This document shows, piece by piece, positions 51,719-61,023 of a DNA stretch of 64,000 nucleotides; the stretch's first letter is position 1; every line of letters starts with the position of its first letter. Location of the stretch: NCBI GenBank assembly GCA_965226795.1, contig CBDDDZ010000005.1, positions 2,445,257-2,509,256 of the forward strand, in the 5' to 3' direction. The notes under the pieces were generated by a model. That model saw only the letters and a program-made list of their open reading frames with translations. It did not search any database and was not told the DNA's origin. Origin of the DNA: Candidatus Latescibacterota bacterium. Its GTDB lineage: Bacteria; Latescibacterota; UBA2968; GCA-2709665. The translations under genes and the position numbers were made by a program.

Positions 51719-53139
51719 GAGACTGACTCCACACCAACCCCCACCGCCCGGAGCAGCGCGGCCTCGACGTGGCGCAACTCGCCTGCAGCCACCGTCCGCA
51801 AATCCAGAAACAGTCGATCGTCCCGCACATATCCGAGTACCGGCGGGTCGTCCGCGCGCAGTCGGGCCGCAAGGTCGGTCACGGATGCACCCTTTAAAGA
51901 CACACTTAGCGCCACGCTGGCGATTTCCTCCAGCGGCATGGCACCGCTCCCCGTCTGGGCGATTGAATCCACCAGTTCAACCCGCAGCCCTTTTTCCTGC
52001 AGCCCGCTCAGCCGCGACAGGCTCCGTCGGCCCCGTCGCTTCAGGTTCGAGACAGGCTCCGTCAACATCCCAAGCGTGGGATGCCCGCGCATCAATTCCT
52101 CCCGGTTCAGGAAAAGCCGCAACGTTGCCGAAAGCGCGGCGTAGGTCAGTTTGCCGCACCGCAGCGCCCGCATAAGCGGATTCAACCGGATCCTCTCAAT
52201 GGCGTCTCTCCTCCCCACCACAATGCCCGCCTGGGGGCCGCCCAACACCTTGTCGGCGCTGAACGTTACCACGTCGGCGCCAGCCGCCACGCTGTCCGAT
52301 ACCAGGGGCTCGTGCGGCAGCCCGAACTCGCGCATGTCCACCAGAGCACCGCCACCCAGGTCGTGGACCACGGCCACACCGCGACGATTGCCCAGCGCAA
52401 CCAGATCCGCCAGCGAAACCGCGGCCGTAAAGCCCATCACCTTGTAGTTGCTGGGGTGTACCGCCAGCATCAGGCCGGCGCGCCGGGTAAGGGCCGCCTC
52501 GTAATCCCGCAAATGGGTCCGGTTGGTTGTGCCTACCTCAACCATAACGGCGCCGCTGCGCTCCATGATTTCGGGGATGCGGAAGGATCCTCCGATTTCG
52601 ATCAATTCGCCTCGTGACACCAACGCCTCTTTACCCAGACACAAGGAATTCAGAGACAACAATACGGCGGCCGCGTTGTTGTTGACCACGGCTGCCGATT
52701 CCGCGCCCGTTAACGCGCACAGCAACTCCTCAACCAGCGCCGCACGGGATCCGCGCCGGCCGGTTTCAAGATCCACCTCCAGATTGCTGTACCCCGTGGC
52801 GACTCTGGCGACCGCCTGGGCCGCCGCATCGGCCAGCGGCGCGCGTCCGAGGTTTGTGTGCAACACGATTCCGGTGGCGTTTACCACCCGCTTGAGCCCG
52901 GGATCGGTTATGCGCGCCACCCGCAGACAGGCCTGGCGCACCACCCGCACCACGAGCGCATCCCTGGATTCACCGTTCGCATCACCGCCGAGCATGGCCT
53001 GTCGGACGGCGTCGATACCCTCGCGCACGAAACGCGTGACCAGCGGCTGATCGCAACGCTCGAGCAACGCCTGGACCTCGGGCTCGGCCAGCACAGCGTC
53101 AACCGACGGAATCAATGACAAGTTGGCATGTCCTGCCAT
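51706..53139 (-). CDS. selA: L-seryl-tRNA(Sec) selenium transferase
   Basis: FSADKVLGGPQAG PLP-lysine motif and overall SelA pattern; start at internal Met. Confidence 0.92.
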   Translation of the reverse strand: MAGHANLSLIPSVDAVLAEPEVQALLERCDQPLVTRFVREGIDAVRQAMLGGDANGESRDALVVRVVRQACLRVARITDPGLKRVVNATGIVLHTNLGRAPLADAAAQAVARVATGYSNLEVDLETGRRGSRAALVEELLCALTGAESAAVVNNNAAAVLLSLNSLCLGKEALVSRGELIEIGGSFRIPEIMERSGAVMVEVGTTNRTHLRDYEAALTRRAGLMLAVHPSNYKVMGFTAAVSLADLVALGNRRGVAVVHDLGGGALVDMREFGLPHEPLVSDSVAAGADVVTFSADKVLGGPQAGIVVGRRDAIERIRLNPLMRALRCGKLTYAALSATLRLFLNREELMRGHPTLGMLTEPVSNLKRRGRRSLSRLSGLQEKGLRVELVDSIAQTGSGAMPLEEIASVALSVSLKGASVTDLAARLRADDPPVLGYVRDDRLFLDLRTVAAGELRHVEAALLRAVGVGVESVSCHT

Positions 53140-53229
53140 ATTTCTCCCGATATTGGACACGACTTACGATGCACGGCGAAGGCAAATACGTGGACGGGAT
53201 TGTGTCCGGCACACCCGAACGTCCTGTCT

Positions 53230-55452
53230 TCAGGGTACAATCCTGAACGAAATCTCCTTTGAAGCCCGATCATCTGACAACAAATCCGTGACCGCCACCT
53301 TGACCTGCTGCCCGCCCTCCTCCGTTTCGGTCAGGTCCAGTTCGACGTAGGCAACTTCATCCGGCCGGTTGCCGGCCTGGTCGTAAGCAATTACGATTTC
53401 CTGATCCTTTTCGGACAGCCGGAACACCCGACCCAGTCCGTGCAGAATCTTTGCAGGGAGCGCCCTTTTTCGTCGCGACCGCAACGTATATTCCACTCGA
53501 TAACGCGTTTGACCGAATGCATCCTGCTTCAAATTGTAAATTTCGAAATACACGAACGCATTCTGATGGCTCCGGAACGCCAGGGACGACATCGGAATGA
53601 CCTTAAGGCCGTACTTAACATACTCTCCCGAGGGCTCGTCGGTCGGCTCCGTCGCAAAGGCCAGTTCGATATCGCTGACCAGCAGCCTGGATGGTTTGTG
53701 ATAGTCCTCCAGAACAACCGCCTGCTGGTACACCTGAGATTTACCGGAAACCACGTCCCTTACCTGTAGTGCCATATGGTATGTCCCCGCCGGCAAATGC
53801 ACGGGCATAACGCCCGGAATGAATGCGCCGTCTGCAACTTGCTGGTCCGTGGGCGCCCTGAAGGCCATCTGATTCACCTCCCGATGAACTTCATTCCACA
53901 AACTGTCGTAGAAGGCCACGCCCCTGTCCAGCAAGATCAGATCCGTCTTCTCGTCCACGTTCAACCGAACCACCTCGGATGCCGGCAGCCCGTAGTAGAC
54001 CTCCAGGCGCGTTTTGGACTCCGGACCCTTGAAGTCGGCCGGATAGTAGTAGAAATCGATTGGCAGATCGGCAAAATCGGGCGAATAGAGTGACGGCCGC
54101 CTGGCCACGACATTCTGCATCACCACCCCGCCCTGAAAATCGGCCAGGTGGACACCGAGATGGGGCGCGATCTGTAGCGGAAACGGGGCGTAATCGTAAC
54201 GTCTGCCCTCAAAGACCTCCGCGAAAGTGATCTCTATTCCGCCGTCCAGCTGCGCATAAATCCAATATTCCCACTTGGCATTCGCAGCAACCGGAAAGAT
54301 TGGGAGCCCCGGTGAAATGGCCAGCGCGATACGAGACCGGTTCACGAAATTCACGCGCGCTTCCTGTAGCTCCCGATTCCGTTCGGCCTTAACATCGTCC
54401 CATCTGCTGACGTGGTCCGGATTTCCCAGCCGGATGAAAACCTCGCCCCGCTTATCCCAGCCGCCATCCGGCCTCGCGAAGTGTTCCAGCGCGTAGGCTA
54501 CCCGGCGATAGTTCTCCAGAAGACGCTCGTTTTCAGGGGTGAGCGGCGTCGGATCGCGCCGGTTCCAGAACTGCATGGCGAGCGCATCCTTTTCCTCCGG
54601 TGACGCCGCCTCGTAACGCGCGAGATCCTTGTCGGCCGCCACCAGAGAAATGTCTCGATATCTGCGCCGTTCGGCTTCGGTAAGAAAGGAGAAATAGTCC
54701 TCGAACAGTTCGTTCGCGCGCTCGAAATCCCGATTTATCAGGCCGATGATCGCAAGGTCGCGACCGGCGAGAATCCCGGCATCGCCGCCGGCCTTGAGCA
54801 GCCCTGAGAGCGTATTGACTGCCTCGTTGCCTTCCCCTAGCAAGAGCCATAAATTGGCCAGCCGAATTCCCGCGTGCGGGTGTGACGGATTTACGTCCAT
54901 CTCCCGCTGGTAGGCGGAAATCGCCTCGTGTCGCTTGCCGTCGTTTTCCAGCAACAGCCCCACCTGGTAATGCGCGTCTGGGTAGTCCGCATCGATTTCA
55001 ATCACTTTCTCAAACGCATCCCGAGCCCGGTGCCGCCGTGTTTCCAGGTAGACCCCCGCCAGGTGATACTGCGCCTCGGCCATTTCCGGATCGGCCTTGA
55101 GGGCTCGCCTGAAATTAGTCTCAGCGCGTCTGAATCCCTGCTTTGAAGCCACATAAGCCAATCCCAGCCCGTTGTACCCGGCCGCTTTCGCGCCTTTTTT
55201 CACGGCCTTTCTGAACGCCTTTTTGGCCGCCTTCCGGTTGCCGGCACCCAGATACGCATGTCCAAGAAGAACGTGATCCTGCGCCGTTTCGTTGCCCGTG
55301 TTGATTACCTGCTTCAGCACGGCAATAGCCCGCTCCGGCCGGCCCCGCTTTACGGCCGCTTCTGCCTCGACCCGAAGAGAATCCACCGGCGCCGCTGTCA
55401 CCCCGGACCCGAACGGAACAATCGAGACAAAAAGAGCAATAATCCACGTCAT
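53230..55452 (-). CDS. TPR-repeat plus GWxTD-domain protein, secreted
   Basis: Signal peptide MTWIIALFVSIVPFGSGVTAAP; N-terminal TPR repeats; GGWDKRGEVFIRLGNPDHV matching the GWxTD (TIGR04514) signature. Confidence 0.8.
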   Translation of the reverse strand: MTWIIALFVSIVPFGSGVTAAPVDSLRVEAEAAVKRGRPERAIAVLKQVINTGNETAQDHVLLGHAYLGAGNRKAAKKAFRKAVKKGAKAAGYNGLGLAYVASKQGFRRAETNFRRALKADPEMAEAQYHLAGVYLETRRHRARDAFEKVIEIDADYPDAHYQVGLLLENDGKRHEAISAYQREMDVNPSHPHAGIRLANLWLLLGEGNEAVNTLSGLLKAGGDAGILAGRDLAIIGLINRDFERANELFEDYFSFLTEAERRRYRDISLVAADKDLARYEAASPEEKDALAMQFWNRRDPTPLTPENERLLENYRRVAYALEHFARPDGGWDKRGEVFIRLGNPDHVSRWDDVKAERNRELQEARVNFVNRSRIALAISPGLPIFPVAANAKWEYWIYAQLDGGIEITFAEVFEGRRYDYAPFPLQIAPHLGVHLADFQGGVVMQNVVARRPSLYSPDFADLPIDFYYYPADFKGPESKTRLEVYYGLPASEVVRLNVDEKTDLILLDRGVAFYDSLWNEVHREVNQMAFRAPTDQQVADGAFIPGVMPVHLPAGTYHMALQVRDVVSGKSQVYQQAVVLEDYHKPSRLLVSDIELAFATEPTDEPSGEYVKYGLKVIPMSSLAFRSHQNAFVYFEIYNLKQDAFGQTRYRVEYTLRSRRKRALPAKILHGLGRVFRLSEKDQEIVIAYDQAGNRPDEVAYVELDLTETEEGGQQVKVAVTDLLSDDRASKEISFRIVP

Positions 55453-55654
55453 GGTCGGACCTTCCGGGAAAGAACACACAATAGGGTCATTAAGAAAATC
55501 TATCGAATCTGTTCCCCGTGCGCAAAGGATTTCTATGCATGGCGCACGGGCGAAGGGGTTGTTTGAAGTCCCTGGAAATCAGGACGCTTCGGCATTGACA
55601 ACGCACGAGGCAGGGTTTATCTTTCTGGCCGGTATATCTTCGGAAGGATCTAAA

Positions 55655-56581
55655 ATGTGCGTCCGAAAAGTCGTCATTCCGGTTGCCGGGCTCGGCACCC
55701 GCTTATTGCCCACGACGAGAGCCCTGCCAAAAGAGATGCTGCCAGTAGGCAAATATCCCGCCATACAGCATGTCGTCGAGGAGTTGGTGCATGCCAATCT
55801 GAAGAAATGTCTCTTCATTACCTCTCACAACAAGACCATAATTGAAAACCAGTTCGATAATAATGTAGACCTCGCCTCCCAGTCGGAACAAAACCACGGC
55901 TGGAATGACCCGAGTAACTTCGACTACAGCCAGCGCGGTATCGAGTTTTTTTATACCCGGCAACAGGCGTTGTCCCCTACTATCAAGCTTCGGGGTACGG
56001 GTGCGGCGATACTCGCGGCCGAGAGTTTCGTGGACAAAGAGCATTTCGCGGTTGCCTACGGCGATACCATCATCAACACCAGACAAAAGCCAAACTTTAT
56101 GGCTCGAATGATCGAATGTCATCTCAGATACAATTCCGCCTGTACCGTGGGCATCCGCCCCGTCACGTCCGATATGGTCGGACGCTACGGCATTGTCAAA
56201 CCAGATTCGGAAGATGATCTGAACGCCGACAGCTTCTCCATAGATGACCTTGTGGAAAAACCCGGCGCGGACGAAGCGCCCAGCCTTATGGCGGTGAGCG
56301 CCCGTTATGTCTTCAGCCCTGAAATCTTCGACGAAATCCGCAGGCTGACGCCGGTCAGAGGCGGCGAACTAGGTGTTACTGACGCCATTCGGGGCCTGAT
56401 AAGACGGGGAAAGCCGGTCAGATGCGTGCGTTTGCTGCCCGACGAAACGAGGTACGATATCGGAAGCCACGTAAGTTACTACAAAGCGTTTATCGACTTT
56501 GCCCTTCAGGATCCCGAATGTGGAGAAAAAATTCAGGAATACCTTGAAGCCTGCGTAAAGCATATCGCAAAGAGGCCCTGA
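55655..56581 (+). CDS. galU: UTP--glucose-1-phosphate uridylyltransferase
   Basis: KVVIPVAGLGTRLLPTTRALPKEMLPV signature, VEKP motif; 308 aa. Confidence 0.9.
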   Translation: MCVRKVVIPVAGLGTRLLPTTRALPKEMLPVGKYPAIQHVVEELVHANLKKCLFITSHNKTIIENQFDNNVDLASQSEQNHGWNDPSNFDYSQRGIEFFYTRQQALSPTIKLRGTGAAILAAESFVDKEHFAVAYGDTIINTRQKPNFMARMIECHLRYNSACTVGIRPVTSDMVGRYGIVKPDSEDDLNADSFSIDDLVEKPGADEAPSLMAVSARYVFSPEIFDEIRRLTPVRGGELGVTDAIRGLIRRGKPVRCVRLLPDETRYDIGSHVSYYKAFIDFALQDPECGEKIQEYLEACVKHIAKRP

Positions 56582-56818
56582 TCCGACAGCCCGCAGGAAA
56601 AGCACCCTCGCCGACTCCATAAAAAGAAGCCCTCCGGAGCACAGAGATCCGAAGGGATTAACTAAACGCAACATTAGACAGAAATATCGTCCGGGACGGG
56701 TATACACGACTGCCGGGTGTCTATCGATCGTATCGGCGTTTAACCCCGCATTTACGTTGGTACGGGGTTCGACTTCTGTCGACAGATGTTCCCGTTATCC
56801 CCGGGTTCATTCGACCGT

Positions 56819-57274
56819 TCATCGCCTTACCTCATCGTCGCTCACCAGTTTCTCGCCGTCGAAAATCATCTTATCCTTTTCGTAAATGCAGCCGGTCTCC
56901 TCTTCCAGTGCGTATTTCATCAACTGTCCGAGCGACATGTGGTTGAATACCTCTTTCGGGTCGTTGTATTTTTCAATCAGTTTTTCGATTGGACCCTCGA
57001 ACTGGATCGCCCTGCGAACGGGTCGTTTCTTTTCGCGACGTTCCCGTTCCTCCTTGGTGAGGATGGGAAGGCGCTCCGCCGCCGGTCCAAGCCGGCTGGT
57101 ATACTCCTGCCGCTGGCGAAACCGATCGTGCCGCTTCTCGAGTTCCGACTTATCCCCCACGTTGTCGTAATACGCCGAAACTTCGTCCGCCTTCTGCCTG
57201 AATCGCTCCTGTTCCTGATCCTTCAGTTCATCGTTTCCCACTTGCCGCATAATGTCCTTAACCGACTTGTTCAT
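56819..57274 (-). CDS. Hypothetical highly charged protein
   Basis: 151 aa, ~45% charged residues, no recognised family; lower-GC gene flanked by ~230-280 bp non-coding DNA. Confidence 0.5.
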   Translation of the reverse strand: MNKSVKDIMRQVGNDELKDQEQERFRQKADEVSAYYDNVGDKSELEKRHDRFRQRQEYTSRLGPAAERLPILTKEERERREKKRPVRRAIQFEGPIEKLIEKYNDPKEVFNHMSLGQLMKYALEEETGCIYEKDKMIFDGEKLVSDDEVRR

Positions 57275-57436
57275 TCATACCCCTCCAGATCGTTGGAACA
57301 CCCGGGCACGCAAATGCATTAATTGCGGGGCGACAATATTTTCCGATGCAGATCCACGATAAAAAACATACACCGCGCCCCGGCTTTTGTCAACGGCTAA
57401 TTTCCCGTCGTTACGCGGTCGCGATCCCGAAAACCG

Positions 57437-57465
57437 TTGACTCCGGCCGCCCTCCGGCGTAGTTT
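57437..57465 (+). promoter_or_regulatory. Candidate sigma70-like promoter TTGACT-17-TAGTTT upstream of mazG
   Basis: Hexamers at 57437-57442 and 57460-57465; GC-rich spacer; ~90 nt upstream of the mazG ATG. Confidence 0.3.
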
Positions 57466-57558
57466 GTCGTCGGGCGAATACCCGGTCCGGTGCCCGGGAC
57501 TCGCGAACCCCGTTTTCCTGCGCGCGGCCTTTCCCCAACCCATTCTAAGGAATTCAGG

Positions 57559-58365
57559 ATGTCCGAACTCGATCGCCTCGTCAATCTCATGGCCCGGCTT
57601 CGCGGCCCGGACGGATGCCCCTGGGACCGCGAGCAGACGCACCAGAGCCTCAAACCCTATCTGATTGAAGAGACCTACGAAGCCCTGGACGCCATCGACA
57701 GGGATGACGCCGATGGTCTGCGGGACGAACTGGGTGACGTTCTCCTTCAAGTCGTCTTCCACGCGCAACTCGCCCGGGAGGACGCCCGGTTCACCCTCGA
57801 TGACGTCGCGGACGCCACGTCTGAAAAACTCATTCGCCGGCATCCTCACGTATTCGGGAACGCCACCGCGGACACCCCGGGGCAGGTGGTTGACAACTGG
57901 GAAGCCATCAAATCGCGGGAAAAGACGAGAAAAGGACTGAATCCATCCATCCTCGACGGCATACCCGTGCAACTTCCCGCATTGCTAAGAGCGCGACGCG
58001 TCCAGGAGCGGGCAGCCAAGTCGGGCTTCGACTGGACAAACACCGACGAGGTTGTAGACAAGGTACGCGAGGAAGTGGACGAGTTTCTGGAAGCGTGGCG
58101 GGGCGCCGACCAAACGGGTGTGGAAGAAGAGCTTGGCGACCTCCTCTTCTCCCTGGTCAACCTCGCCAGGTTTCTGAAAGTCTGCCCTGAAAACGCGCTT
58201 CGGAAGACCGTTGGGAAATTCGAGAACCGTTTTCGATATATAGAACGGGAACTCGGAAAACAGGGCAAGAGCCCCCAGAACGCCAGTCTGGATGAAATGG
58301 ACCGGCTATGGGAAGCGTCCAAGAAACCGCGGGCGGAAAGGATCACAGTCGATCCCGATTCATGA
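57559..58365 (+). CDS. mazG: Nucleoside triphosphate pyrophosphohydrolase
   Basis: Tandem MazG domains (EETYEALDAI...ELGDVLLQVVFHA; EEVDEFLEA...ELGDLLFSLVNLAR). Confidence 0.92.
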   Translation: MSELDRLVNLMARLRGPDGCPWDREQTHQSLKPYLIEETYEALDAIDRDDADGLRDELGDVLLQVVFHAQLAREDARFTLDDVADATSEKLIRRHPHVFGNATADTPGQVVDNWEAIKSREKTRKGLNPSILDGIPVQLPALLRARRVQERAAKSGFDWTNTDEVVDKVREEVDEFLEAWRGADQTGVEEELGDLLFSLVNLARFLKVCPENALRKTVGKFENRFRYIERELGKQGKSPQNASLDEMDRLWEASKKPRAERITVDPDS

Positions 58366-58535
58366 GTCGGCCTTCCGGAGACCGCGGGATCTCAATTTGG
58401 TCGGTGGCAGCCAGGGTCCAAAGCAGTATGAGACGCAACCGCCGTGTGGCGACGAATCCACGTTGGAACCCGCTGCCATTGAGCGAATTCACCGATTGCA
58501 CGGTCGTTTTTATCCCTGTCCGACTCGCCTATCCT

Positions 58536-59507
58536 TCATTTCAACACCGTGCGTTCATACACCTGTACCGCAGCCATCAGATCCTGAATCGCCATTCCCG
58601 TGAAATAGGAAATGGCGCCCTGGCCGCGCCGGTCTTCCAGACGGCCCAGCGCAGCGTCTCCAATGGTCAGGACGTTTCCTTCTCCGTCCGCCGCGAACCT
58701 GTCCCCGCCCAACCCGGCCGACAGGAAATCTCCCGACTTCAGCGCCTGTTCAGGATGGTCGGCAACCACCTCCCGGCTGCTCAGCAGCCCAGGTTCGAGT
58801 TGAGCGGTCCTCGGGTCGCCCGCGATCACGGACAGATGCACCGTGTCCGCAATGTCCGATGGTCCCAGAATCGGGCAGGGCGTTGGAACCGCCGTCAGCA
58901 CGGCATCCGCGCCATCCAGACAGTCGCCAATCGAGTTGACGACCCGCACCCTGGCGTTCACTTTCGGTTCCACGAACGCTGCGAAGGCCTCGAGGTTTGC
59001 GGCGCTTCTGCTGGTCGCCCTGATCTCGCGCGGTCCGAGGGCAGCGTCGGCGCACAGGGCGAGCGCACGTGAAATTCGTCCGGTGCCCACAATCGCCAGC
59101 ACAACCGCACCGCTGCCCAGGTAGCGGACACCCAGCGCGCCCGCCGCGCCCGTGCGCATATTGGTCAGATATTCCGCCTCCAGCACGGCCCTCCGGCCCG
59201 TCGTCAGATCATCCAGTTCGATCACGGCGGTGCGCCCTGCAAGCCGCCCCGTGGAGACGTCCGATCGCTCCTCTATAATCTTCCTCGCGCGGTACCGTCC
59301 CGGCCACTGTGCGGGCATTTCCAGTCGAAACAGATCCTCGCCTTCAGTCCTGCGTACAGTTTCCCGGCGCGGCGGATTCGACACCTGTCCCAACCCATAG
59401 AGGCGGAACGCCCGGTCACAGCCAGCAAGGACATCCTCAACCGAGAGTATTTCCTCGATTTCCGCATCTGAGATCTTCAATGTGCCGTCCAACGGTCCGC
59501 CCTCCAT
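58536..59507 (-). CDS. Ornithine cyclodeaminase/mu-crystallin family protein
   Basis: VLAIVGTGRISRA Rossmann motif and overall OCD-family pattern; 323 aa. Confidence 0.88.
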   Translation of the reverse strand: MEGGPLDGTLKISDAEIEEILSVEDVLAGCDRAFRLYGLGQVSNPPRRETVRRTEGEDLFRLEMPAQWPGRYRARKIIEERSDVSTGRLAGRTAVIELDDLTTGRRAVLEAEYLTNMRTGAAGALGVRYLGSGAVVLAIVGTGRISRALALCADAALGPREIRATSRSAANLEAFAAFVEPKVNARVRVVNSIGDCLDGADAVLTAVPTPCPILGPSDIADTVHLSVIAGDPRTAQLEPGLLSSREVVADHPEQALKSGDFLSAGLGGDRFAADGEGNVLTIGDAALGRLEDRRGQGAISYFTGMAIQDLMAAVQVYERTVLK

Positions 59508-59856
59508 TGTGTCAATAGGGACATCCCTGAAAATAACGTCGTGCGGCGGGTGATGTCATTGGTCGGGGCCCATCGGTTTTTCGTGGGTTCCGATTTCAGA
59601 CCGGTACAACCGATGCCGGCGGGAGACACGGTCGCTCAGTCGTCGGCGCAAATGGAGAACCGGTTCCATCCGAACTTACGCGACCGTTGCCACATTGTGA
59701 AGAGAAAAGTTGAAGGGCGCCGCGAGATCCCCATCCGCGCACGACCTGCCCCGCGCCCGGCACGGAAATTCGACTTGACGGGGCGGGACTCAGGATCAAT
59801 ATTGTTGTTCCGTTTCCATAAAATTCGGACCTTCGGGACCTTTTGCGAGGCATTTC

Positions 59857-61023
59857 ATGAAAATCACGGAAGTCGAAACGTTCATTGCCGGCAACCCCTG
59901 GAAAAACTGGCTCTTCACCCGCGTCCAAACGGACGAGGGCGTATACGGTATCGGTGAAGGCACGGTCAACTTCATGGCCAGGACCGTTGAATCCGCCATA
60001 CACGAACTCAGGCCAATGTGGGAAGGACAGGATCCGTTCCAGCCCGAACGCATTCTCCAGCGGATGTACCGCGACGTCTACACCGACGGCGGTCAGATTC
60101 ATAAACACGCGGTTGCGGCCATCGAAGTTGCGTGCTGGGACATTATGGGCAAGTGCCTGAACAAACCCGTCTACCAGCTTCTGGGCGGCCAGATGCGCGA
60201 CAGAATCAGAGCCTATGCCAACGGCTGGTATCGCGGCCCCCGGACGCCCGAAAACTTTCACGAAAAGGCGCAGGACGTGGTTCGCCGGGGATACACGGCC
60301 CTCAAATTCGACCCCTTCGGCTCCGCCTACCAGATTACGGACCTGGACGACGAGGCGCTCGCCATCGACATCATCGCGGCAGTTCGCGACGCCGTGGGAC
60401 CCAGCGTAGACGTTCTCGTGGAAGGGCATTGCCGCTTCAGTTCGTCCACCGCCCTCAAGTTCGCCCGCAAAATGGAACCCTACAACCCCACCTGGTTTGA
60501 AGAACCGACGCCCCACCACAAGATTGACGCCCTCACCCGGGTCGCGAGAGAGTCGCCGGTGCCCATTGCAACGGGGGAGAGCCTTCATACGAAATATCAA
60601 TTCGCAGAACTGCTGAAGCACGACGTCGTACACATCCTGCAGCCGGAACCCCTGGCCTGCGGAGGGCTCTGGGCCACCCGCATGATATGCGATATGGTCG
60701 ACGCGCACTATGGCGTTGTCGCGCCACACGACGCCCAGGGTCCCGTATGTACAGCCATCTGCCTGCAGCTGGCGGCCTGTACGCCCAACCACTTCATCCA
60801 GGAAACCTTCGACGAATTCAACGTGGCGTGGGAACGGGACCTGGTTACCGGCGAAAGGTTCGACGTCGTCGACGGCTACTTCAGGGTGCCTGCCGCACCC
60901 GGCCTGGGCATCGATCTCAACGTGGACGAGATCCGCAAACACCCCTATTCCGTGAACAATCACCTGCCGCTCTTCCGAGACGGTTGGGAACGCCGAGTTT
61001 CCCAGGAGGAAGTGACGTCATGA
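59857..61023 (+). CDS. Enolase-superfamily sugar-acid dehydratase (D-galactonate dehydratase / MR-MLE family)
   Basis: MKITEVETFIAGNPWKNWLFTRVQTDEGVYGIGEGT capping domain; KFDPFG, metal-binding D/E in barrel domain; 388 aa. Confidence 0.88.
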   Translation: MKITEVETFIAGNPWKNWLFTRVQTDEGVYGIGEGTVNFMARTVESAIHELRPMWEGQDPFQPERILQRMYRDVYTDGGQIHKHAVAAIEVACWDIMGKCLNKPVYQLLGGQMRDRIRAYANGWYRGPRTPENFHEKAQDVVRRGYTALKFDPFGSAYQITDLDDEALAIDIIAAVRDAVGPSVDVLVEGHCRFSSSTALKFARKMEPYNPTWFEEPTPHHKIDALTRVARESPVPIATGESLHTKYQFAELLKHDVVHILQPEPLACGGLWATRMICDMVDAHYGVVAPHDAQGPVCTAICLQLAACTPNHFIQETFDEFNVAWERDLVTGERFDVVDGYFRVPAAPGLGIDLNVDEIRKHPYSVNNHLPLFRDGWERRVSQEEVTS

